Virus record (IMG/VR): IMGVR_UViG_3300009157_000018
Location: 1-64,000 of that record
DNA: 64,000 nt
Source: a virus
Strand: one strand, 5' to 3'
The position numbers were made by a program, and so were the translations under genes. Under the pieces are notes generated by a model. That model made no database searches. It was not told where the DNA came from and saw only the letters and a program-made list of their open reading frames with translations. Positions 9,938-19,350 of this stretch are shown here, piece after piece. Every line of letters begins with the position of its first letter. Position 1 is the stretch's first letter.

Positions 9938-10411
9938 TTATCCATAAGACTGGTCGCTGGCCGCCTCGGAGGCGGTTTCTGGTAAGAGTCTCATCAACTC
10001 TTCCACCGCCGTGCGATAACGAAACTCAGCGCTGGAATCACCGTTCGCAAAATCTACCAAGGCTTGCTTAATTTCCTCGGCTTCACTTTCCATGCAACAC
10101 TCGCCACAGTAGTCAGCCTTAGGATGCCTAGGTTTTCCGAGTTCACAGTTATCCCCCTTGTTGAGATCACAGTTGCAAACACCATGCTCACACATGGCAT
10201 CTCTGACCTTCAATCCAATGAATGGATTGAGGTAATCGCAGTGAGATAACCAACTATCTTGATTCTTCTTTTTGCGTTCCCCAGCAACAAACTTGCCCTT
10301 AGCTTTCGCCTGGTTGTCTGCTTCAATACATTCAACTATGCAGCTTATCTCTGGTGGCTCGTAATCATAGTAGCGGGTGATTTCGGGAGTTTGCACCCAA
10401 TAGTGCTTCAT
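9938..10411 (-). CDS. Cys-rich hypothetical protein
   Basis: 157 aa, CEHGVCNC...C...CGEC. Confidence 0.65.
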   Translation of the reverse strand: MKHYWVQTPEITRYYDYEPPEISCIVECIEADNQAKAKGKFVAGERKKKNQDSWLSHCDYLNPFIGLKVRDAMCEHGVCNCDLNKGDNCELGKPRHPKADYCGECCMESEAEEIKQALVDFANGDSSAEFRYRTAVEELMRLLPETASEAASDQSYG

Positions 10412-11049
10412 GGCGTGGTTGACACAACCTTGCCTGTTTTGGTTTCATGGACGGCCTTCTTCACGTTGACAGGAGTGCTTGGACTGTTCGTCCAAGACGA
10501 TGTGATATTCGAAGCAACAGCCGTCGCTCCAGAATATCCAGCAGATGTACCCTTGTAGGTTGCTACATTATTAGCACCAATGCCAATGACTTTAGCCGAT
10601 AGAATAGCATCTTGATTAGCACCAAGAAATACGAATTGATGACCTGCCTTCTCAGCCTTCTTGATAATCTTCTTCACCATAGCTGCAGAAGTGTATTCCT
10701 TGCTAGCATTTTCAAGGCCATCTGTCAGGATCACAAACAGATTTGCACCAATCGGAGCATTTTGTACAGTCTTTCCAATGGCATCATACAAGGCCGTCAT
10801 GCCACGCGGTAGATAATCCGCTTTAGTAAGTTTGCGTACTGTCTTAAGTTCCTCGTCCTCCAACACGGATTCATATTGATCATCAAACCGAATCACATTA
10901 ATACGTGCTGTAGGTGATGTTTTCTTAACTTCTGCGATATACTTGTTGGCCGAACCAATCACCTCTTCTTGTCCAATTGCATCCATTGATCCTGACATGT
11001 CTAGGATCAAGTTTATGTTAGTTTGCTGCTGGGTTACCACTTTTACCAT
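10408..11049 (-). CDS. stand-alone VWA domain protein
   Basis: ILDMSGSM, GMTALYDAIG, TDGLENAS, FLGANQDA. Confidence 0.9.
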   Translation of the reverse strand: MVKVVTQQQTNINLILDMSGSMDAIGQEEVIGSANKYIAEVKKTSPTARINVIRFDDQYESVLEDEELKTVRKLTKADYLPRGMTALYDAIGKTVQNAPIGANLFVILTDGLENASKEYTSAAMVKKIIKKAEKAGHQFVFLGANQDAILSAKVIGIGANNVATYKGTSAGYSGATAVASNITSSWTNSPSTPVNVKKAVHETKTGKVVSTTP

Positions 11050-12221
11050 CCTTCTGACTTTCTATCTTGAACTAGGACAGGCGCCGCAATCGTAGGCCCG
11101 TGTTCGGGACTCGTAATCCAAAACGCCTGCTGTGCTTCCTCGGGTCGGAGCCGCTTACCGTAAGCGTACTCGTCGTATCCCTTCATTGAACCCCCCATGA
11201 CCAATCCTTGGCTCGGTGGCTGGTACTGATGAAAGTGACCTACCACCATGAAATCCATAGGCTTGTCAGTTGCCATCTGCCGAACACTGGTGCGATGCAC
11301 ACCTAACGAAAGTGGAGCGCGAGCTCCCTGGATACCACTGCCACCCTTGAATTCGTCACCGTGAGTTATCAGGTATCGGGTATCGTATAACTGTACGATA
11401 TGATCGATGGAATCTGACACTTCGAAGGTGACGCGATCATCTTTGGCAAACTCGCGGGCCAAAACCCGCCACATCAACCACTCGATGTTCGACTGGGCTC
11501 GGTTCTTGTAAACCGGCTTATGACTGTTCCTACCGTGATTTCCGACTACGGCCGCTAGGTGAACCTTGCCAAATTCGTCCGCTAGGACGCTGATGGCTTG
11601 GTACAGTTCGCCGGTCCAGAACACCGCGCCCTCGTACAATGTCGATTCGTTCGACTCTTTCAGCTCGGCATGAATGTCGCCAGACAGAATGTCACCCGTC
11701 GCAAAGACTGCCACACCCTCTATGTCGATCCCGCTGATGTAGTCGCGGGCAAGGACGACTGACCGCTCTACCCACCGCCGAAGCCTCTGCTGGGCGATGG
11801 TGCGGTTGTAGGCGTTGATGTACGACACCTGTTCGGGCCGCACGATCTCGTCAAAGTGCGTATCTGACAATTGGAGCGTCACGATCCCAGTATGTCCACG
11901 CTTGGCGGGAGTCTTAATCGTCCACTTCGGCGGCTTTACGATGGTTGCGTCGATCGTCTCCAACACGCCAAGGAGCCGTCTTAACTCGTCGTTCTCCTTG
12001 GTTTTGGTCTCCAGAGCCCTGGACATTTGCCGTAACTCGCCCTCAAAACTCGTTTCTAGGGCAGTGTCAGCCTCCGCACGTGCTTGGTCGAGGTGCGCTT
12101 GGATACCCAACCGCTTGCGCTTCAACCGCACGGCGTCGGGGGTTCGGTGCGCCAGTTCGGCTATCTGTTCGTCTGTGTGATCTGCAAATAGATGTTCGTA
12201 GATTCGCCATCCGCCACTCAA
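11043..12221 (-). CDS. calcineurin-like metallophosphoesterase with N-terminal HTH
   Basis: SDTH, GD..GDIH, GNHGR, HGD and GHFH motifs; N-terminal IAELAHRTPDAVRLKR. Confidence 0.85.
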   Translation of the reverse strand: MSGGWRIYEHLFADHTDEQIAELAHRTPDAVRLKRKRLGIQAHLDQARAEADTALETSFEGELRQMSRALETKTKENDELRRLLGVLETIDATIVKPPKWTIKTPAKRGHTGIVTLQLSDTHFDEIVRPEQVSYINAYNRTIAQQRLRRWVERSVVLARDYISGIDIEGVAVFATGDILSGDIHAELKESNESTLYEGAVFWTGELYQAISVLADEFGKVHLAAVVGNHGRNSHKPVYKNRAQSNIEWLMWRVLAREFAKDDRVTFEVSDSIDHIVQLYDTRYLITHGDEFKGGSGIQGARAPLSLGVHRTSVRQMATDKPMDFMVVGHFHQYQPPSQGLVMGGSMKGYDEYAYGKRLRPEEAQQAFWITSPEHGPTIAAPVLVQDRKSEGW

Positions 12222-12234
12222 GGCAGTTACCTCG

Positions 12235-12462
12235 TTAAGAATTTAGACGAGTCTCTTGGTAAAGCTTGGCTTTTGTGCCACAGCCTCGGCAATAGATATT
12301 GCTTACCTCGATACTCTGCTCGTCGCTAGTTGCATAGTCTAGGAGTGCATCCACTCCATCGTAACTCCAAATCCTTTTGCACTTCGGGTTAGGACATTGT
12401 GCCAAGGCATCTATCTTGGAAATATCTCTGAAGGGATTATTACTAATGGGGACCACCACCAT
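12235..12462 (-). CDS. zinc-ribbon protein
   Basis: CPNPKC...CRGC. Confidence 0.6.
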   Translation of the reverse strand: MVVVPISNNPFRDISKIDALAQCPNPKCKRIWSYDGVDALLDYATSDEQSIEVSNIYCRGCGTKAKLYQETRLNS

Positions 12463-12784
12463 TCGGCATCAACATACCGTTCAACTGAATGGCAGGAACG
12501 AAAGTTACTTCCCCATTCTCATCGATATCAATATCAAGGCCGCCCATAAAGACGCCAGATAGCAGTGCCTTGTTAATCATCGATGTACTGGCCCACTCTG
12601 TAACCTTGACCATTTCTTCTGGCTTAGGTTCTTCTCCATGGAGCATGATCCTGGACCTGTTGAGTGACTCCATCAGGTATTGAGCCTGATCTGGACTCAA
12701 CAGGTTAAAACCACTCTTCTTCCAAGGAGGTTCATTTTTCTTACGTCTGGGCATCTTTAAGCTCCTAGAACTGGGCTTCGCCAT
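12443..12784 (-). CDS. hypothetical protein
   Basis: ORF in operon context. Confidence 0.6.
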   Translation of the reverse strand: MAKPSSRSLKMPRRKKNEPPWKKSGFNLLSPDQAQYLMESLNRSRIMLHGEEPKPEEMVKVTEWASTSMINKALLSGVFMGGLDIDIDENGEVTFVPAIQLNGMLMPNGGGPH

Positions 12785-13202
12785 GTACCTTCCGTACTGA
12801 TTGCGCCCAACGAACTCGATCTTTCATGCTGAACACATACGAATCGAGAAGGTCACGGACGAACCGGTATTGTCCTAGCAATGCTTCTTGCGCGGCATGG
12901 CGGTCGGCCTCGGTTGATAAGGGTTTGCCGTCCGCTGCACGCGATTTGGCAGGCAGTTTTTCCAGTTTGGCCTGTGATAGGTAGTATTCTGCGACGACGG
13001 CGAGAGCAGCCACGCGGGGAAGCCAGCCGTCAATCTGTCTCGTCACCATCTGATCCAACTGCAACGGATCATCTGGCAGTGGGCTTGAAAGAGTCTTAGC
13101 CACTGGCTTTAGTTCGATTTGCACCGCCTCAGCCCAGTCGGCAAAGTCTTCGTCGAGCTCGGTAGCCCGGATGAAACTCGGCCAACGGTAGATATCGCTC
13201 AC
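12765..13202 (-). CDS. hypothetical helical protein
   Basis: ORF in operon context. Confidence 0.6.
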   Translation of the reverse strand: MSDIYRWPSFIRATELDEDFADWAEAVQIELKPVAKTLSSPLPDDPLQLDQMVTRQIDGWLPRVAALAVVAEYYLSQAKLEKLPAKSRAADGKPLSTEADRHAAQEALLGQYRFVRDLLDSYVFSMKDRVRWAQSVRKVHGEAQF

Positions 13203-13687
13203 TTATTCCTCAGTTCCTCGTTCTCTAGCGTCAAGGCTAGGATGGTATTTTCCCAATGAGTGACCAAATCGTGGAGCCATTCGTATTCTATGACCGCCCA
13301 CTCATTTGATGCACCTTTGACATGATACAGGAAAATCGGTTCCCGCATGAGTAATCGTGCCTCTGCTGAAATTTTGTCCAGCAGTGCAACGGGGAAGGTC
13401 ACGGTTTTCTCGCCACGCCCGTCAATTTGGTCCCATGACTTGGTTTCAATTAGCAACTTGAGCGTCCCAATATCGGCTACCACATCGCCAGCGAGCGTTG
13501 GGTCTTCGGCAGCAAAGGCACCGGACCCCACCTGGCGGTGGTAGTCGTATTTCTTGGCAAAGCGGCTTTCGTAGGCCCTGCCTGCCTCTTTGGGCTTGCG
13601 TCCCCCTCGGGACATGGGCTTAGGGCCTTTCTTCTCGCGCTTTCTGGGCTTCGGAATGGGACCGTTGGACGGTCTGATACTAGCCAT
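13199..13687 (-). CDS. Holliday junction resolvase-like PD-(D/E)xK nuclease
   Basis: GRAYE...GSGA...GDV...IETK. Confidence 0.75.
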   Translation of the reverse strand: MASIRPSNGPIPKPRKREKKGPKPMSRGGRKPKEAGRAYESRFAKKYDYHRQVGSGAFAAEDPTLAGDVVADIGTLKLLIETKSWDQIDGRGEKTVTFPVALLDKISAEARLLMREPIFLYHVKGASNEWAVIEYEWLHDLVTHWENTILALTLENEELRNK

Positions 13688-13930
13688 TTAGAACGGAGCC
13701 CTGCCCTCGATGTAGTAGTTCACTCTGATGATTCCTTCGATTGGGACCTTGTTGAACCTACCGTTCTTATCTTCCAAGAGAAGAGTGCCATCCTCATGCC
13801 CGGAGTACTTACCGGTTACGGTACGCTTGATTTTCGGACCCTGATAAGTGACGACATACACAGTGTCGTCCTTCTCCATCTTGGAGACTGCTTCAACAGC
13901 ACTTGTTACGCGATTCGGACTGAACGGCAT
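13688..13930 (-). CDS. small beta-barrel (Sm/RimP-C-like) protein
   Basis: VTGKYSGHEDGTLLLED...KVPIEGIIRV pattern. Confidence 0.5.
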   Translation of the reverse strand: MPFSPNRVTSAVEAVSKMEKDDTVYVVTYQGPKIKRTVTGKYSGHEDGTLLLEDKNGRFNKVPIEGIIRVNYYIEGRAPF

Positions 13931-14683
13931 CTACAGCCACCCTCGATCAAACGGCGTGCGGAACATCTTCTCGGTCAGGAATGGATCGGCTGCCGTTGCT
14001 GGCTTATCGCCCCACTTACGGATAAAGTACTTGTTGTTGGCGTCGTGCGTGATGTGGTTGGCCTTCTCCAGCTCAGGGTCGGACTTGATAGTACGGCTGC
14101 CGTAATGGAAAAACCGCGCCCCTTCGAAGCCGACGGCACGCTTGCCCGCGAGGACGATCCGCCAATGCATGTCCAAATCCTCGTTATAGGCAGGCGCAAA
14201 GGTCTCATCGAAAGGCCCTACTTCCAGGAAGAGGTGGGAATTCACCATAAAGCACGAGAAGTGCGGGGTTTCCGGGGCTTCCGTGGTTTCGGCGGCTTCT
14301 TCCAAGGTTGGGAGGTCGTTCCAAGGAAGGGCTGTCCAAAGGATGATATCGGGAGAAGACTGTTCGGCAAATCGGACAAGGTTATCGACCAGTGTGGAGC
14401 GGAATACGATATCCAAGTTAGGAACAATGACATAATCACACCCTTGTTTCAGTAAGAACTCTATAGCACGATTCCACGCCATTGATACACAGTTGTCTGG
14501 ATTCTCCAAGACAGTCCCCTTGGATTGTAGGTACTGTCGGTACTCAGGCTTAGAAATGAAGTTTTCTACCCCACAGAACACAATCTCGTGGTCTTCACTC
14601 TTAACTGAATCCAATGTTTCCTTCGCGTACTTAAAGTGCTCTTCGTTAGAAATGTACGCTGGGTATCCTATTCCTACCTTCAT
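13931..14683 (-). CDS. glycosyltransferase family 2
   Basis: SMAWNRA, NLDI, GPFDETFAPAYNEDLD, FFHYGSRT. Confidence 0.85.
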   Translation of the reverse strand: MKVGIGYPAYISNEEHFKYAKETLDSVKSEDHEIVFCGVENFISKPEYRQYLQSKGTVLENPDNCVSMAWNRAIEFLLKQGCDYVIVPNLDIVFRSTLVDNLVRFAEQSSPDIILWTALPWNDLPTLEEAAETTEAPETPHFSCFMVNSHLFLEVGPFDETFAPAYNEDLDMHWRIVLAGKRAVGFEGARFFHYGSRTIKSDPELEKANHITHDANNKYFIRKWGDKPATAADPFLTEKMFRTPFDRGWL

Positions 14684-14901
14684 CTCTTCTCCCGGAAAGA
14701 GATACTCATAATACTAGACCCAGGGTAAACCGTGGCCGGTTTTCCACATACAAACTCATCTATCCATCCAATAGCACCATCAAACGTATAACTTATTCTC
14801 CAATCATTAAACATACAGATATCGGAGCCATCTGCCTGATGTATTACCAGACCATGAGTTGTATTGTCTGGAAACTGAGTCCTATATAATGGGAAGTTCA
14901 T
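14680..14901 (-). CDS. hypothetical protein
   Basis: ATGA-coupled on both sides. Confidence 0.55.
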   Translation of the reverse strand: MNFPLYRTQFPDNTTHGLVIHQADGSDICMFNDWRISYTFDGAIGWIDEFVCGKPATVYPGSSIMSISFREKR

Positions 14902-15407
14902 TCTCTGGCCAACTTCATGGTGATGATTCCATCCTTGTGTTCTACTTCCTTGTATCCGATGCTCTTGTACAGATTAATAGCTGGTTCGTTCGTATCTAAT
15001 ACATCCAACCAAACATCCCCATTGATCGAGGATAGGAACCGGAAGATGATCCTTCCGAAACCAAACCCCCGCATATTGGGGACCACGCCACCTGTTACCA
15101 CCCAGCGCTTCTCACCTAACAAATGCCGTCTGGCCAAGATGCCAAAGCCTAGTAGCATGGCATCCTGCTCAACATATCTATCTCTTAGAGTTTCGAATGG
15201 TATCTCCAGTAGATACGCATTCAGTTCGCTCTTCTTGTGTAATGGCTTATATGTACCATAATACCACATAATCTGCCGCCATACACTAATGTTCGACCGA
15301 TCGTGCGTCATAAATTCACGCATACCATTGCGGAGTTGGCGCAGTTTCATGGCGTCACGAAGACTGCCAATGGGCCTGATGTTATACGCGGTAGATCGAG
15401 TAGTCAT
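14898..15407 (-). CDS. GNAT acetyltransferase
   Basis: RGFGFG acetyl-CoA motif A; NEPAINLYKSIGY. Confidence 0.88.
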   Translation of the reverse strand: MTTRSTAYNIRPIGSLRDAMKLRQLRNGMREFMTHDRSNISVWRQIMWYYGTYKPLHKKSELNAYLLEIPFETLRDRYVEQDAMLLGFGILARRHLLGEKRWVVTGGVVPNMRGFGFGRIIFRFLSSINGDVWLDVLDTNEPAINLYKSIGYKEVEHKDGIITMKLARE

Positions 15408-16230
15408 TGTTCACCTTTATCGGCATCAGGTTTTTCTGATCGCGGTACTCTGTCAACCACTGTCGTTCAGCCTCTAGATAGACGGCCATCCCTGCGTTCT
15501 GGCCGGGGTCGAGGCCCCACTTGTTGCACCACACACGCATGTCTGCCTCAAACCTAGGTTCAGCCACTAAGGTCGTTCCGCCGAGGTGATCGATATCAAT
15601 TCCCAGGACAGCTACCCGGTAATCGGCCTCTACGGCACGCATAGGCAGGATTTTGTCCCAAAAATGCGCCGGCGGCACACTATCCGGGATGTCAAGCTTA
15701 GGAATAACGCCCTTACGGAAGGCCATAAACATGGAATCGAGGATCAAAGCTGATTGAAGGTCCCTGATGCGCTTACCCGTGTGCTCTTGGAGTTGGCCGC
15801 GTGATCCATTAAAGTTGCACATTGTCCCGCCGCCGCGCCCACCCATGATATCCACCTCATTGGACCCGCAGAATCCAACAACGCCTAACTTGGGGTCATC
15901 TTCGAAGAAGAACCGCAGACGCTCGTCCCAGCCGTACTCGTAGACAAACACGTCGTTGTGCATGATTGCGATGATTTCAGCATTCGCCCAGCGTGCCTGG
16001 AGCTGGGTGATTGGGAAGTAAAAGCCTTTGTTATCCTCGTTTCGAAGAACACTCGCACTGAAGGGCAAGTCATCGGGTAGGACATACGGTTCGTCAGAGG
16101 CATTGTCAATGACGACAAGATGAAAGTCGGCGGCGCCCTGAACAGACTTCACCAAGAAGTCAATGCATTCGTTGGTAATCTCTGGCCTGTTAAGGACTGG
16201 GATGCCCAGAACAATCATTGACAACACCAT
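15382..16230 (-). CDS. glycosyltransferase family 2-like
   Basis: IPVLN, IDNASD, HNDV, LDS.FM, HFWD motifs. Confidence 0.85.
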   Translation of the reverse strand: MVLSMIVLGIPVLNRPEITNECIDFLVKSVQGAADFHLVVIDNASDEPYVLPDDLPFSASVLRNEDNKGFYFPITQLQARWANAEIIAIMHNDVFVYEYGWDERLRFFFEDDPKLGVVGFCGSNEVDIMGGRGGGTMCNFNGSRGQLQEHTGKRIRDLQSALILDSMFMAFRKGVIPKLDIPDSVPPAHFWDKILPMRAVEADYRVAVLGIDIDHLGGTTLVAEPRFEADMRVWCNKWGLDPGQNAGMAVYLEAERQWLTEYRDQKNLMPIKVNNDYSIYRV

Positions 16231-16355
16231 CTGATGAATGCATCAGCCAGTTCACCGCCATGAGATATAAGGAAGACCAGTAGAGCACCTAGTAAAATCC
16301 ATACTAGACATCCGAGTGAATCTACTTTTATTGTAGTCCCGTCATCACTCATGGA

Positions 16356-16604
16356 TCACACCAATGCTCCCCATAGGTGGACGGCCCACATCGGGATGCA
16401 CGCACAATAGAGTGGATCGGCGTGGCATCGACGGCAAACTTCATAACCGGCGTCCCAATCGAACACCCGACCATATCCGCACCGACAGCCGCCGCTAGAA
16501 GGCACGGACCCGGCCAGATTCGGAGTCAATAGACGCGGCAAGAGAACACCGCGTCGGTGGTAGCCATACATCTGGCATCGGTGGCAGCGGTAGTGCCTAA
16601 TCAT
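16356..16604 (-). CDS. Cys-rich small protein
   Basis: multiple CxxC motifs; ATGA coupling. Confidence 0.5.
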   Translation of the reverse strand: MIRHYRCHRCQMYGYHRRGVLLPRLLTPNLAGSVPSSGGCRCGYGRVFDWDAGYEVCRRCHADPLYCACIPMWAVHLWGALV

Positions 16605-17719
16605 ACGAAATCATTAGCAGCATCAATCACTTGTGCTGTCTCTTCTTCGGTTAGCGCACTGTGAACAGGTATGTTCATCATCCGTTCGGTGTAGTAGTCC
16701 ACTCCGGTTAGCCGATCAGCACGTGCGGCGCTGAAAAACTTCTTGAACACTGATAGCCGGTCGTTGCGCCAATGCACCTGTGAAACCTCAACCCCCCGCT
16801 CGGCCATGTGCTGGCGGAACGCGTCTTGCATCCCGGCTCGGGGCAGGATCAGGGTGTAAAGCCAGTTTGCCGACTGGGCTCCGTAGGGAACTTCCCGATC
16901 GCGGCGGTACGCCTCGTCGAGGTGTGCGTCGTAACGGGCCGCGTTAAGGCGTTGCGCTTCGAGGACCTCCTCAAGATACTTCAGCTGCACGAGTCCTATG
17001 GCTGCGTTAAGGTCATTCATGTGGAACTTATAGCCCCAGTCAGCAACATCGAGGGAGCCCCTGAAGTCGGTGGTGTTCTCGCGATCCACGCCAAACCACC
17101 GCAAAAGCTTGCCCTTGCGGTAATCACTCAAGTATTTGTAGGCCAGAGCACCTCCGTCCACCGTCGTAATCGACTTAATGGCTTGGAAACTGAAGGCTGT
17201 AAAGTCGGCAAGGTCGGCATTCCCGACCGGTACCTTCTCGTACTTGGCTCCGAACGAATGGGCAGCGTCAGAGATAAACCGAATCTCCTTCGCCAAGGTC
17301 AGGTCGCTTAGCATGGTGTAATCCACCGGCAAACCACCCCAATCCACGGTCAGGATTGCCTTGGTCTTCTCGGTAATCTTCTCTGCGACGCTGTTAATGT
17401 CGATTAGGCCAGTGATCGGGTGAACGTCGGCCCAGACGATCTTGGCACCGAAAGCCATGATCGGGACATTAGACGCTACACATGTCATCGGTGTGGCAAT
17501 AACCTCATCACCAGGCTTAACATGTGCCAGTCGAAGTGCAAGCGTGATGGCCGAAGTACCAGAGTTGAGGGATGTAACCTGATTGTTACCAAGTATCCTG
17601 CTCAGTTCCCATTCAAACTCGTCAACCTTTGGTCCCTGCGTAACATACCCGCTATGGAGAACATCGAGTACTGCGTCGTCCACCTCAGGTGGCATCAGTA
17701 CCCTAAATAGTTTTATCAT
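16601..17719 (-). CDS. DegT/DnrJ/EryC1/StrS sugar aminotransferase
   Basis: NSGTSA, DAAHSFGA, FSFQAIKSITTVDGG (PLP Lys), GYKFHMNDLNAAIG. Confidence 0.95.
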   Translation of the reverse strand: MIKLFRVLMPPEVDDAVLDVLHSGYVTQGPKVDEFEWELSRILGNNQVTSLNSGTSAITLALRLAHVKPGDEVIATPMTCVASNVPIMAFGAKIVWADVHPITGLIDINSVAEKITEKTKAILTVDWGGLPVDYTMLSDLTLAKEIRFISDAAHSFGAKYEKVPVGNADLADFTAFSFQAIKSITTVDGGALAYKYLSDYRKGKLLRWFGVDRENTTDFRGSLDVADWGYKFHMNDLNAAIGLVQLKYLEEVLEAQRLNAARYDAHLDEAYRRDREVPYGAQSANWLYTLILPRAGMQDAFRQHMAERGVEVSQVHWRNDRLSVFKKFFSAARADRLTGVDYYTERMMNIPVHSALTEEETAQVIDAANDFV

Positions 17720-17856
17720 TCTGGTTTATCTTCTACATGCTCCCCATTGCGACAGCCCTCGCACCGTATCAGGTCTGAGATAACTACCTTCTCAGCACAC
17801 AAACACTCTGGGCACAAACATTCTATGATTACCTTGCCGTCTACTATCTCAGCCAT
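17716..17856 (-). CDS. 46-aa Cys-rich zinc-finger-like protein (not in ORF track)
   Basis: MAEIVDGKVIIECLCPECLCAEKVVISDLIRCEGCRNGEHVEDKPE; stop overlaps DegT start. Confidence 0.6.
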   Translation of the reverse strand: MAEIVDGKVIIECLCPECLCAEKVVISDLIRCEGCRNGEHVEDKPE

Positions 17857-18352
17857 TCAGGGTGCCTCGAATTAGCAGATCATCAATTCTTCTGCCACTT
17901 ACCCCACGAACCTGCCCGTTATACAGTAAGTACTTTAGTGTTCTCAGGTTTCGTCCAGTATATTGCGACACCTCTACGAGAGACATCGCCAGATCATCTC
18001 GTAGCCTTCTGATAAACAATAATTCTTCTCTTGGTATATGGGTGCGATAACCAAGTTTTGAATCTAACAGAGCCAAGGCCGTGGTAGCCTTATCGCGATT
18101 GACTATTAGATACGGCATCATTCCATTTATCATATCTATACAATCCTTAGTTCTTCCAACCCGGAGTCTAGAGGCAGCATCCACATTGTCATATATGCTA
18201 GACCTAATGCCATTAGCGCTTAGAAAGAACTGTATATCCTCAAGGACTTTCCTACTCTTCTTCTGCGATATGTCTAATCTAACACTAGTATCTTGATAGG
18301 TGTAAACACAGCCCTCTCCGTCGAAGAACCCAGCGATGTATTCCCAGTTCAT
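17849..18352 (-). CDS. free-standing LAGLIDADG homing endonuclease with C-terminal HTH
   Basis: YIAGFFDGEG motif; ATG overlaps dehydratase stop. Confidence 0.9.
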   Translation of the reverse strand: MNWEYIAGFFDGEGCVYTYQDTSVRLDISQKKSRKVLEDIQFFLSANGIRSSIYDNVDAASRLRVGRTKDCIDMINGMMPYLIVNRDKATTALALLDSKLGYRTHIPREELLFIRRLRDDLAMSLVEVSQYTGRNLRTLKYLLYNGQVRGVSGRRIDDLLIRGTLNG

Positions 18353-19350
18353 CTCATCCACTCAACGTGGCGAAGGGTCCAGTCGATAGTCTTTTCTAGC
18401 GACTCATAGAGGGGAATGGGAGGAGCCCACCCTTGACCTCGTAACAGGGTGTCATCTAATGCATACCTGGGATCGTGTCCAGGCCGCTGCTGATGAAAGT
18501 CCTCTAACTGGTACCGTAGTTCCTTTCCCATGATCTCAGCGATCATCTCTGCCAGCTCCAAGTTATCTATCTCCCGTTCCCCCCTGACATTCCAACGATC
18601 CGGGCGATCTACTACGCCACGGTCAAACATGGAAGGAGCCATGGTCTTCGTGAGATAGAGCAAGGCATCCGCGTGGTTCCGAGCATGGAGATAGAAGCGC
18701 GAACCAATATCCCCAGGCTTACCGTGAACCGTAACTGACTGTCCGTGAAAGATACGAGAAATGCACATCGGCACGAACTTCTCCGGGTCTTGGCGCTCGC
18801 CAATCATGTTCATCGTGTTAGTGATGACCAGAGGAACACCGTAAGTTCGCCAGTACGATATGGCTATGGCTTCCTGAGCCGCCTTGGAACCGGAATACGG
18901 ATTGGATGGGATGATCGTTGACCACTCGACAAAGTTCTCGTCGTGAGGTGCTGGTCCGTACACTTCATCGGTAGAAACTTGGATAAAGACGCTGGGCTTG
19001 ACAGCTCTGGCGTACTCCAACATCGTAATGACCGACGACACATTGTTCTCGATAAACGGTCTAGGGTCTTCGATGGAGCGGTCTACATGCGAGTCCGACG
19101 CGAGGTTCCACACATAGTCGATGGGTCCGATCTTCTCGACAAGTCGAGGGCTTATGTCGCTTCGAAGGTCGCAGTACTCGACAGTGACCCGCTTGGGGTC
19201 CCACACGTCGAGATCGAGCCGCAGCGAATCTCCCTTATGCCGGAAGGTTGCAAGGCCCACGATCTCCCAGTCGGTGTTCGATAGCACATGCTCCAAGGCG
19301 TGGCTGCCCGCAAACCCAGCTATGCCTGTCAACAAGAGCCGTTTACTCAT
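18349..19350 (-). CDS. rmlB: dTDP-glucose 4,6-dehydratase (RmlB-like)
   Basis: TGIAGFAG, SHVDRSI, STDEVYG, YSGSK, RPGHD.RY. Confidence 0.93.
   Translation of the reverse strand: MSKRLLLTGIAGFAGSHALEHVLSNTDWEIVGLATFRHKGDSLRLDLDVWDPKRVTVEYCDLRSDISPRLVEKIGPIDYVWNLASDSHVDRSIEDPRPFIENNVSSVITMLEYARAVKPSVFIQVSTDEVYGPAPHDENFVEWSTIIPSNPYSGSKAAQEAIAISYWRTYGVPLVITNTMNMIGERQDPEKFVPMCISRIFHGQSVTVHGKPGDIGSRFYLHARNHADALLYLTKTMAPSMFDRGVVDRPDRWNVRGEREIDNLELAEMIAEIMGKELRYQLEDFHQQRPGHDPRYALDDTLLRGQGWAPPIPLYESLEKTIDWTLRHVEWMR

Noticed and set aside
13538-14455. 305-aa + strand ORF
   Set aside because: It is antisense to three well-supported minus-strand genes.
17849-18352. Group I intron or intein carrying the LAGLIDADG
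   Set aside because: Flanking genes are intact and abut the ORF. There is no room for an intron core and no intein motifs.
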